The position numbers and the translations under genes were made by a program. A stretch of DNA of 64,000 nt, from positions 967-64,966 of the forward strand of contig DASZPT010000151.1 in the NCBI GenBank assembly GCA_035549935.1. Direction: 5' to 3'. Every line of letters begins with the position of its first letter. Position 1 is the first letter of the stretch. Of the stretch, positions 29,308 through 37,176 are shown piece after piece. Under the pieces are notes generated by a model. The model searched no databases, was not told the origin of the DNA, and saw only the letters and a list, made by a program, of their open reading frames with translations. This DNA is from Gemmatimonadales bacterium. Its GTDB lineage: Bacteria; Gemmatimonadota; Gemmatimonadetes; Gemmatimonadales; GWC2-71-9.

Positions 29308-30507
29308 ATGGACGGAGCCGCACGCCTACGGGTTCCGTTCATGCTGTCCGATCGTGATCACGTCCGCCTGCCAGCGGCGAGGTCCCGACGGTCCCTCCCG
29401 GCCGTTCTCCTCGTCCTCTGCTGTCTCACCGAGCCCCTGCTCGCGCAGGGCGCTCGCGCCCAGCCCTTCACCCGCGGCCGTCCGCTCGCCGAATGGGTGC
29501 TGCAGACCGAACACTACATCCCGGAACTCCGTCGCGAGGCGGTGAAGGCGATCGCGGCGCTCGGCCCCGGTGCCGTGAGCGCGGTGCCGGCGCTGGTGCG
29601 TGCGACGCGTGACGAGAACGCCGAGGTCCGCTTCTGGGCGGTGGAGGGTCTCCGGAAGATCGGACCCGCGGCGGCGAAGGAGGGTGGGGCCGCGCTCGCC
29701 GTGGTGCTGGGCGACGACATCCGGTCCAACCAGCAGGCCGCGCGTCGCGCGCTCGAGGCGATGGGCCCGGCGGTGCTCCCGGTCCTGCTCCCGTCGCTCG
29801 AGTCGCCCGACGCCTGGGTGCGCGGCAACGCCGCGGAGGCGGTGGGCGCCGTCGCAGGCGGGAAGGGCGCGGCGGTGTCGGCGCTGAGCCGGCTCCTCGC
29901 GGACGACTCCCTCTGGGTGCGGGCCTCGGCGGCGTGGGCGATCGGCCGGATCGGGCCGCGGGCGAAATCGGCGGCGAAGCCCATGACCAAGGCGCTGAGC
30001 GAGGAACTCCGGCGTGACCCGACGCTCGCCGAAGTGGGCCAGCGCCTCAGGGTCGAAAATCTCGTCTACGGGCTGGGACGGCTTGGCCCGGCCGCGAACG
30101 ATGCGGTACCGCTTCTCCTCGCGGTGCTCTACGACGGCGCCGATTCGCTCCGCACCACGGCGGCCGAGGCGCTCGCCGGCGTCGGCGGCAAGGCGGCCCA
30201 GCCGCTCGGTCAGGCGGTGCGGGGCCCCGCGCCGATGCCGGTGCGGCTCGAGGCGGCGCGGGCGCTGCGCCTGATGGGCCCCGAGGGGAAGAAGGCGGTG
30301 GGCGACCTGGTGAAGCTGCTGGAAACGACCGATGAACTCGAGGGCGGCCGCGAGCTCGTCATCGCCTCGGCCGACGCGCTCGGGGCCATGGGGAAGTCGG
30401 CGAGGTCGGCGCTCAAGGTCCTCGAGAAGCAGCGGAAGCGGAGTGTCACGCCGGATGTCGTGGCGGCGCTCGACCGGGCGATCCGGAAGATTCGGCTCGG
30501 GGCGTGA
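29308..30507 (+). CDS. HEAT-repeat protein with N-terminal signal-like segment
   Basis: Repeated xxVRxxAxxALGxIGP units (HEAT/PBS-lyase type). Start is 29308, 29341 or 29257. Confidence 0.8.
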   Translation: MDGAARLRVPFMLSDRDHVRLPAARSRRSLPAVLLVLCCLTEPLLAQGARAQPFTRGRPLAEWVLQTEHYIPELRREAVKAIAALGPGAVSAVPALVRATRDENAEVRFWAVEGLRKIGPAAAKEGGAALAVVLGDDIRSNQQAARRALEAMGPAVLPVLLPSLESPDAWVRGNAAEAVGAVAGGKGAAVSALSRLLADDSLWVRASAAWAIGRIGPRAKSAAKPMTKALSEELRRDPTLAEVGQRLRVENLVYGLGRLGPAANDAVPLLLAVLYDGADSLRTTAAEALAGVGGKAAQPLGQAVRGPAPMPVRLEAARALRLMGPEGKKAVGDLVKLLETTDELEGGRELVIASADALGAMGKSARSALKVLEKQRKRSVTPDVVAALDRAIRKIRLGA

Positions 30508-30571
30508 GTTGATGGTGGATTGACGACGGGTGGCGAGGTTGGTCTGGTCTCGTCGTCAGGCAGAGTTCCGA

Positions 30572-30991
30572 GTGGTTCAACGCGGAGACGCAGAGAGCGC
30601 AGAGGGCGCAGAGCGATCGAGCAACGCCCTCTCTGAAATGGTGATCGGGGCCGCGATCGAGGTACATCGTTGCCTCGGACCGGGGCTGCTCGAGTCCGCG
30701 TACGAGCGGTGCATGTGCCGGGAGCTGTCGATCAGGGGTATTTCATTCCAGCGCCAGCAGTCACTGGACTTGGAATACAAGGGCTTGGCGATACGTGGCG
30801 CCTATCGGGTCGACCTCCTGATCGAGCAGCAACTTCTGGTTGAATTGAAAGCCCTCGAAACGATCTCCGAAATCCACCAGGTTCAACTACTCACCTACCT
30901 TCGCCTGTCAGGAAGGCGGCTGGGCCTGATCATCAATTTCAACACCCCTATTCTGTGGCGGGGGGTGAGGAGGGTCGTGAATTCACTGTGA
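30572..30991 (+). CDS. GxxExxY protein (PD-(D/E)XK nuclease superfamily, PDDEXK_3)
   Basis: IGAAIEVHRCLGPGLLESAYERC (GxxExxY motif), RVDLLIEQQLLVELK (D...ExK), QLLTYLRLSGRRLGLIINFN. Start ambiguous: GTG 30572, ATG 30638 or the track start at 30530. Confidence 0.85.
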   Translation: MVQRGDAESAEGAERSSNALSEMVIGAAIEVHRCLGPGLLESAYERCMCRELSIRGISFQRQQSLDLEYKGLAIRGAYRVDLLIEQQLLVELKALETISEIHQVQLLTYLRLSGRRLGLIINFNTPILWRGVRRVVNSL

Positions 30992-31032
30992 CCCCTCCGC
31001 GGCCTCTGCGTCCTCTGCGCCTCTGCGTTGAA
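30576..31032 (+). mobile_element. candidate TIR-bounded element: CGCAGAG-type inverted arms flanking the GxxExxY gene
   Basis: Left arm 30576-30613 and the reverse complement of 30993-31032 match at ~32/38 positions by hand alignment. Both outer ends read TTCAACGC. The interior is ~54% GC, against ~72% in the flank. Confidence 0.5.
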
Positions 31033-31058
31033 GCTCCATCCTTCCCAAACGCCAAGCC

Positions 31059-31087
31059 TTGAATCGCAGCGCCCAGCCAGCTAAGAT
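31059..31087 (+). promoter_or_regulatory. candidate sigma70-type promoter for fmdB-argS (TTGAAT-N17-TAAGAT)
   Basis: -35 TTGAAT at 31059-31064, a 17-nt spacer, and -10 TAAGAT at 31082-31087, ~35 nt upstream of ATG 31122. Confidence 0.45.
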
Positions 31088-31121
31088 ATTGCGCCCGTTT
31101 CTCTTAGGACTTCGCTGACCG

Positions 31122-31445
31122 ATGCCGACGTACGAGTACCGCTGCCCCGAAGGCCACACCTTCGAGCTCTTCCAGAAGATCTCGGAGAAGCCGCGCGCCA
31201 AGTGCCCCACCTGCGGGAAGATGGCGAGCCGGCAGATTTCCGGCGGGGCCGGCCTGGTCTTCAAGGGCTCCGGCTTCTACATCACCGATTACGGCAAGGA
31301 CGGGAAGGGCCCGCGGAAGGACTCGGCGTCCTCGACCTCCGACTCGAGCGCGAGCGCCTCGTCCGCGGAGACCAAGCCCGCGCCGGCCGAGACGCCGGCC
31401 GAGAAACCCAAGGGGAAGAGCCCTTCCAAGAAGGCCAAGGAGTGA
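31122..31445 (+). CDS. FmdB family zinc-ribbon protein
   Basis: MPTYEYRCPEGHTFE...CPTCG (CxxC...CxxC) followed by a low-complexity S/A/K tail. Confidence 0.88.
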   Translation: MPTYEYRCPEGHTFELFQKISEKPRAKCPTCGKMASRQISGGAGLVFKGSGFYITDYGKDGKGPRKDSASSTSDSSASASSAETKPAPAETPAEKPKGKSPSKKAKE

Positions 31446-33115
31446 GCGAGGCCATCATCCGGGCCGAGCTGGCGCGGGTCGCGGCGGTACTGGAGGCGCC
31501 GGACGCGGCCTTCGTCCTCGAGCGGCCCCGTGACACCGGCCACGGCGACCTCTCGACCAACCTGGCCATGGTGCTGGCGAAGCAGCTCAAGACCAACCCG
31601 CGCGCCCTCGCTGCGAAGGTGGTCCAGCTCCTCCAGGTCCCGGCCGACGTGGTGAGCCGGACCGAGATCGCCGGGCCGGGATTCATCAACTTCTGGCTGG
31701 CCCAGGACGCCCTCGCCTCGCTCCTCCAGACGATCATCGCCGCCGGCCCCGCCTTCGGCCGCCAGGCCTTCGGCGCCGGCCAGAAGGTGAACGTCGAGTT
31801 CGTCTCCGCCAACCCGACCGGCCCGCTGCACGTCGGCCACGGGCGCGGTGCGGTGATCGGAGACGGGCTCGCCTCGCTCCTCGAGTGGACCGGTCACGCG
31901 GTCACCCGCGAGTTCTACATCAACGACGCCGGTGTCCAGATCGACCGGGTGCGGCAGAGTACCTGGGAGCGGGTGCGCGAGGCGGTGGGTGTCCCCTTCG
32001 AGATCCCTGAAGGGGGCTATCACGGCGAGTACCTCCAGGAACTCGCTGCCCGCTTCCTGGCGGAGAAGCCGGAGCTCCGCGCCCTGGCCCTCGCCTCCGC
32101 CGGCACGGGGCCCGGGGCCCAGGCGGCATATGCCGAGGGGCTCGCGCTCTGCCGGACGGCGCCGCTGTTCCTCCGCCAGGAGCAGGAAGACCTGCTCCGC
32201 TCGATGCGGGTGACCTTCGATCGCTGGAGCTCGGAGCAGGCGGTCCGGGACGCCGGGAAGGTCGATGCCGCCGTGGCGCTCCTCCGCGAGCGGGGCCTCA
32301 CCGAGGAGAAGGACGGCGCCCTCTTCCTCAAGACCAGCCAGTACGGTGACGACAAGGACCGGGTCCTCCGCAAGAGCGACGGCTCCCTCACCTACTTCGT
32401 CCCCGACATCGCCTACCACATCGACAAGCACGACCGTGGCTTCGTGCGGGTGATCGATGTCTGGGGCGCCGATCATCACGGGTACATCCCGCGGATGCGC
32501 GCCGCCCTAAAGGCACTGGGGTACGGGGACGACTTCTTCGAGGTGGCCCTGGTGCAGCTGGTGAAGGTGCTCAAGGGCGGGGAAGAGGTCCGGATGTCGA
32601 AACGGGCCGGCGACTACGTCACCCTCGCCGACCTGGTCGAGTGGGTCGGGGTCGACGCCACCCGCTACTTCTTTATGATGCGGCCGGGGCAGTCCCCGTT
32701 CACCTTCGATGTCGACCTGGCGCGCAAGCAGACCGACGAGAATCCCATCTTCTACGTGCAGATGGCGCATGCCCGGATGAGCGGGATCTTCCGGGTCGCG
32801 GGCCGGGCCCCGGAATCGGCCGGGGGTGACGTCTCGCTCGACGCGCTGGTGGCGCCGGAGGATCTCGAGCTCCTCAAGAAGCTCGCGGTCTTCCCCGACG
32901 TGCTCGCGAAGGCGGCCCGGGCCCGCGAGCCGCACCGCGTCACCGACTACCTCGAAGATCTCGCGCGCCTGGCGCACGGCTGGTATCACAAGTGCCGGGT
33001 CCTGGGCGAGCCGCCCGCGACCGAGGCGGCACGCCTGGCCCTCGCCCGCGCCACGCGGATCGTACTTGCCAACGGCCTCGGCCTCCTCGGCCTCTCGGCC
33101 CCTGACCGGATGTGA
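31442..33115 (+). CDS. argS: arginine--tRNA ligase
   Basis: GTG 31442 overlaps the fmdB stop (GTGA). ANPTGPLHVGHGRG (HIGH) and MSKRAGD (KMSKS-like) motifs. Confidence 0.95.
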   Translation: MSEAIIRAELARVAAVLEAPDAAFVLERPRDTGHGDLSTNLAMVLAKQLKTNPRALAAKVVQLLQVPADVVSRTEIAGPGFINFWLAQDALASLLQTIIAAGPAFGRQAFGAGQKVNVEFVSANPTGPLHVGHGRGAVIGDGLASLLEWTGHAVTREFYINDAGVQIDRVRQSTWERVREAVGVPFEIPEGGYHGEYLQELAARFLAEKPELRALALASAGTGPGAQAAYAEGLALCRTAPLFLRQEQEDLLRSMRVTFDRWSSEQAVRDAGKVDAAVALLRERGLTEEKDGALFLKTSQYGDDKDRVLRKSDGSLTYFVPDIAYHIDKHDRGFVRVIDVWGADHHGYIPRMRAALKALGYGDDFFEVALVQLVKVLKGGEEVRMSKRAGDYVTLADLVEWVGVDATRYFFMMRPGQSPFTFDVDLARKQTDENPIFYVQMAHARMSGIFRVAGRAPESAGGDVSLDALVAPEDLELLKKLAVFPDVLAKAARAREPHRVTDYLEDLARLAHGWYHKCRVLGEPPATEAARLALARATRIVLANGLGLLGLSAPDRM

Positions 33116-33119
33116 CCGC

Positions 33120-34040
33120 ATGAAGCTCCTCGTGGTGGGCAGCGTCGCCCTCGATTCGATCCACACCCCCTTCGGCGAGATCGACGACGCCCTCGGCGGG
33201 TCGGCGGTCTACTTCAGCACCGCGGCATCGCTCCTGACGCCGGTCCGGGTCGTGGGCGTGGTGGGCGAGGACTACCCGCTGGCCCAGCTCCACCAGCTCA
33301 AGGGCCGGGGCGTCGACCTGAGCGGCGTCGAACAGGCGAAGGGCGAGAGCTTCCGCTGGCGCGGGAAGTACAACTTCGACCTCTCCAGCCGCGAGACCCT
33401 CGAGACCCGGCTCGGCGTTTTCGCCGACTTCCGGCCCAAGATCCCCGCGTCGTTCAGCGACACGCCCTTCGTCTTCCTCGGGAACATCCATCCCGACCTG
33501 CAGCTCAGTGTCCTCGACCAGGTGCGGCGCCCGCAGCTCGTCGCCTGCGACACGATGAACTACTGGATCGAGAGCGCCCGGGACCGCCTCATGGAGGTCC
33601 TCAAGCGGGTGAACATGCTGATCATCAACGACGAGGAGATCCGGCAGCTCTCGGGCGACTGGAACGTGCACCGCGCGGCCCGCTGGGTGCTGGAGCGGGG
33701 GCCCGACCGGGTGGTGGTGAAGCGCGGCGAGCACGGGGCCTTGCTGGTCGAGAAGGGGCGGTCGTTCTTCTGCCCCGCCTATCCGCTGGAGGAGGTGTTC
33801 GACCCCACCGGCGCGGGCGATTCCTTCGCCGGCGGGTTCCTGGGCTACATCGCGCGGACCGGCGACACCTCGAGCGGGAGCCTGCGCCGGGGCATGGTCT
33901 ACGGCGCGGCGATGGGGTCGTTCGCGGTGAGCCAGTTCAGCGTCGGCGGGTTCGATGGCGTCACCCCCGCGGTGCTGCAGGAGCGGGTGAGCCGCTTCAA
34001 GGACCTGACCCACTTCGAAATCGCGGAGGCCCTCGCATGA
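33120..34040 (+). CDS. PfkB family carbohydrate/nucleoside kinase
   Basis: MKLLVVGSVALD N-terminus. DPTGAGDSFAGGF anion-hole motif. Confidence 0.88.
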   Translation: MKLLVVGSVALDSIHTPFGEIDDALGGSAVYFSTAASLLTPVRVVGVVGEDYPLAQLHQLKGRGVDLSGVEQAKGESFRWRGKYNFDLSSRETLETRLGVFADFRPKIPASFSDTPFVFLGNIHPDLQLSVLDQVRRPQLVACDTMNYWIESARDRLMEVLKRVNMLIINDEEIRQLSGDWNVHRAARWVLERGPDRVVVKRGEHGALLVEKGRSFFCPAYPLEEVFDPTGAGDSFAGGFLGYIARTGDTSSGSLRRGMVYGAAMGSFAVSQFSVGGFDGVTPAVLQERVSRFKDLTHFEIAEALA

Positions 34041-35062
34041 GCGAGCGCCAGTACGCCGCCGCGGGTGTGGACCTGACGAGCGCCGAGGCAGCCAAGGAAC
34101 GCATCGGCGAGTTGGTGAAAGGGACCCGCACCCCCTACTCGGTTGGGCACGTCGGCGCGTTCGGCGGGATGGTACGGGTGCCGCCCGGGATGAAGCAGCC
34201 GGTGCTCGTGATGAGCACCGACGGGGTGGGCACCAAGGTGCTCGTGGCGTTGCAGGCGAAGCGCTACGATACGGTCGGCGAGGATCTCGTCAACCACAGC
34301 GTCAACGACATCCTGGTTCATGGCGCCCGGCCGCTCGCGTTCATGGACTACGTGGCGGGCGCGGGGCTCGCCGTGCAGGAAATCGCCGGGATCGTCGAGG
34401 GCGTGGCGCGGGGCTGCCGGAACCACAGCATGGCCCTCGCGGGCGGGGAAACCGCCCAGATGCCCGGACTTTACCAGCCCGGTCATTTCGACCTGGCCGG
34501 CACAATTATCGGGGTGGTGGAGGAAGCAGAGGCCCTGCACGGGGATCGCGTCGCGCCGGGAGACGTGCTCCTTGCCTACGCGTCCAGCGGGCTGCACACC
34601 AACGGGTACACCCTGGCCCGGCGGGTGATCTTCGACGGGATGAAGCTGCAACTCTCGGACAGGCTTGGAGATACCGGCCAGACCGTGGCCGATGCCCTGC
34701 TGGCCGTCCACCAGAGTTACAGCCAGGCCGTGATGCCGGTCATCTCCCGGCTCCATGGAATCGCACATATCACCGGGGGCGGGATCCCGGGCAATCTGGT
34801 CCGCATCTTGCCCGAGCAATGCGAAGCGCTGGTGGAGGTTACGAGCTGGACCTGGCCTCCACTCTTTCGCGTGTTGCAGGAAGCGGGGAAGGTGTCGCTC
34901 GAGGAAATGCGCGATGTCTTCAACCTGGGAGTCGGCCTGATCGCGGTGCTGCCCAAGACCGCGGTCGACGAGGCCCAGGGTGCCGCCCGCAAGGCTGGCG
35001 TATCCACCTGGGTGGCCGGCGAGATCCGCCGGGGTCCGACGGGGGTGCGCTTCACGACCTGA
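34037..35062 (+). CDS. purM: phosphoribosylformylglycinamidine cyclo-ligase (AIR synthetase)
   Basis: 341 aa with YAAAGVD, DGVGTK and VNDILVHGARPL motifs. Confidence 0.96.
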   Translation: MSERQYAAAGVDLTSAEAAKERIGELVKGTRTPYSVGHVGAFGGMVRVPPGMKQPVLVMSTDGVGTKVLVALQAKRYDTVGEDLVNHSVNDILVHGARPLAFMDYVAGAGLAVQEIAGIVEGVARGCRNHSMALAGGETAQMPGLYQPGHFDLAGTIIGVVEEAEALHGDRVAPGDVLLAYASSGLHTNGYTLARRVIFDGMKLQLSDRLGDTGQTVADALLAVHQSYSQAVMPVISRLHGIAHITGGGIPGNLVRILPEQCEALVEVTSWTWPPLFRVLQEAGKVSLEEMRDVFNLGVGLIAVLPKTAVDEAQGAARKAGVSTWVAGEIRRGPTGVRFTT

Positions 35063-35083
35063 TCCCCTAACTCGAGGGTCCCG

Positions 35084-36049
35084 ATGCGCCGTTCGACACT
35101 TGTCCTGGCCGCCCTGGCCACGGCTCCTGCGGTGGTCGCCGCGCAGACGCCGTACGCCGAGTGCAATCAGCCGCTCATCACCATCAGTCAGCAGAACATC
35201 AACATCTGCAATGCCGCGATCGACGGCGCCAACCTGTTCCATCCGGTGGCGGGCCTGCTCGTGAGCGGCGGCAACCCGGTGCTTGGCAGCTTCAAGGGTC
35301 TCGGGGGCTTCGGCCACTTCTCCCTCACCGCCCGGGTCAACGCCACCCGGGTGCGGACACCCGACCTCGGCTTCGACGGCACCAGCACGACCGTCGACCA
35401 GGCCGACAAGACGATCGCTCCGGCCCCGCTGGTCGAGGCCGGGCTCGGCGTCTTCAAGGGTGTCAACGGCTTCCTCTCGATCGACCTCCTCGGCTCCGCG
35501 CAGCTGATTCCGGCCGACAAGATCGACAACTTCTCGGTCGACAAGGACGCCCGGAAGATCGGCAGCGTGGCGCTGGGGCTGGGCTACGGCGCCCGCGTCG
35601 GCGTGCTGCCCGGCCGCGCGATCATTCCCTCGGTGGTCGTGTCGGTGATGCGGCGGGACATTCCCCGGATCGCCTACGGCAACACCAGCGGCGGCGACAA
35701 CTATGCCTTCAGCGTCGACCTCCATGCCACCAACCTCCGCGCGGTGGCCGGCTACGACCTCGGGCTCCTGAGCGTCGGCGCGGGACTCGGCTACGACAAG
35801 TACACCAGCGACGCCCGCATCACCTTCGAGAACCAGAATGTGCCGGGTACGATCAGCGTGAAGACCGACCTCGACAACAGCCGCACCTCGGTCTTCGCCA
35901 ACGTCGGCATCAACCTGAGCATCGTGAAGCTGGCGGCCGAGGCAGGGTACCAGCTGGGCAAGGACGACAAGCTCAAGACCACGTTCACCGGCAACAATCC
36001 CAAGGACAGCCGGCTCTTCGCCGGGGCGGGGCTGACGCTGGCGTTCTAA
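35084..36049 (+). CDS. hypothetical outer-membrane protein, paralogue 1 of a tandem pair
   Basis: Signal peptide ending AAQ. Cys pair (C-x12-C) near the mature N-terminus. Beta-strand pattern and C-terminal LTLAF. Confidence 0.7.
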   Translation: MRRSTLVLAALATAPAVVAAQTPYAECNQPLITISQQNINICNAAIDGANLFHPVAGLLVSGGNPVLGSFKGLGGFGHFSLTARVNATRVRTPDLGFDGTSTTVDQADKTIAPAPLVEAGLGVFKGVNGFLSIDLLGSAQLIPADKIDNFSVDKDARKIGSVALGLGYGARVGVLPGRAIIPSVVVSVMRRDIPRIAYGNTSGGDNYAFSVDLHATNLRAVAGYDLGLLSVGAGLGYDKYTSDARITFENQNVPGTISVKTDLDNSRTSVFANVGINLSIVKLAAEAGYQLGKDDKLKTTFTGNNPKDSRLFAGAGLTLAF

Positions 36050-36054
36050 GTGCA

Positions 36055-36107
36055 GGGAGAAGGGAGAGGGGCACCCCCCTTCTCCCTTCTCCTTTCTCCC
36101 TTCTTCC
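36055..36107. repeat. GGAGAAG/CCTTCTC heptamer hairpin C2 (terminator-like)
   Basis: GGGAGAAGGGAGAGGGG / CAC / CCCCCTTCTCCCTTCTCC, then a pyrimidine tail TTTCTCCCTTCTTCC. Begins 6 nt after the stop of OMP paralogue 1. Confidence 0.8.
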
Positions 36108-36156
36108 TACCCCCGCTTCCTAAGACTCTCGCGTCCGCCGGCCGATACTGAGGGCG

Positions 36157-37119
36157 ATGCGTACACCCATCGCCCTTGTCGTTGCCGTCGCGAGCGGCCT
36201 GGCCCTCGCCCCCATCCGCGCGCGGGCCCAGACGCCGGGGTGCCCGGCCGACACGACCCAGGCCGGCCGGATCTGCCAGGCCGGCGCCGATGCGCTGGTG
36301 CTCCTTCTCCCGATCGAAGGCTCACTGGTGGGCGGTGGCAATCCTGTGCCCGGCACCGCCGCCGCCGTCGGAAAGTTCGGGAAGTTCCGGATCGCGGGCC
36401 GGATCGGGCTCACCCGGGTGACGATCCCCAGCGCCTCCTTCGACGGGACCACCGACACCGTGCCGCTCGACAAGCGACTCCTGGTGCCGATGCCGCGGGT
36501 CGACCTCGACCTCGGTCTCTTCAGCAAGAAGCTCCCGGTGGGGACCGCCTCGATCGACCTCCTCGGCTCGGCCGTGGTCGTGCCGATGTCCGCCTCGGGC
36601 CGCTACCGGCTCGACCCCAATGCCCGGCGGATCAGCGACTTTGCCATCGGGCTCGGCTTCGGACTCCGCGCGGCGATGGCGATGACGGGCAACAAGCCGA
36701 CCGTCTCGCTCAACGTGATGAAGCGCGACATGCCCGGGATCATTTTCGGGAACCTCGCCGAAGGCGACCAGCTCTCCGCGTCGACCACGCTGTCGATGAT
36801 CAGCGCGCGGCTCCTGGTCGGTGGGCGAATGGGCCCGCTCGAGCTTACCGGCGGCGGCGGGATCGACCTGCTCAAGGGGAAGGGGCGGGTCGCGTTCCAT
36901 GACCCCGTCGCCAATGCCGACTCGAGCCTCGCGCTCGACCTCAGCACTTCGCGGATCAACACGCTGCTCAACGCCGCGCTGGATATCGGCCCGCTCAAGC
37001 TCTGGGGGGAGGGGGGCTTCCTGGTGGGGAAGGACGAAGGAGTCGTCACCACCTTCGAACGGATCGATCCGGCGGGGGGCCAGTTCTACGGCGGCGTGGG
37101 GGTGGCACTCAGCTTCTAG
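36157..37119 (+). CDS. hypothetical outer-membrane protein, paralogue 2 of a tandem pair
   Basis: Same architecture and length as 35084..36049 (AQTP, Cys pair C-x10-C, GGNPV.G, FDGT..TV, ends VALSF). Confidence 0.7.
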   Translation: MRTPIALVVAVASGLALAPIRARAQTPGCPADTTQAGRICQAGADALVLLLPIEGSLVGGGNPVPGTAAAVGKFGKFRIAGRIGLTRVTIPSASFDGTTDTVPLDKRLLVPMPRVDLDLGLFSKKLPVGTASIDLLGSAVVVPMSASGRYRLDPNARRISDFAIGLGFGLRAAMAMTGNKPTVSLNVMKRDMPGIIFGNLAEGDQLSASTTLSMISARLLVGGRMGPLELTGGGGIDLLKGKGRVAFHDPVANADSSLALDLSTSRINTLLNAALDIGPLKLWGEGGFLVGKDEGVVTTFERIDPAGGQFYGGVGVALSF

Positions 37120-37145
37120 AAGGCCACGCTGCCCGCACGGGCCCG

Positions 37146-37173
37146 GGAACTCGGAACCCGGAACTCGGAACAC
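37146..37173. repeat. CGGAACY heptamer array B5 (4 units, solo arm)
   Basis: GGAACTC GGAACCC GGAACTC GGAACAC. Lies between the convergent OMP paralogue 2 and the GT39 gene. Confidence 0.9.
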
Positions 37174-37176
37174 CCC

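Noticed and set aside
30530-30571. ORF-track start ATG 30530 for the GxxExxY gene.
   Set aside because: The extension MARLVWSRRQAEFR lies upstream of the repeat arm, except for EFR, which is read through a CGGAACY-type fragment. It has no counterpart in the family as I remember it. GTG 30572 or ATG 30638 are more plausible, but the start remains unresolved.
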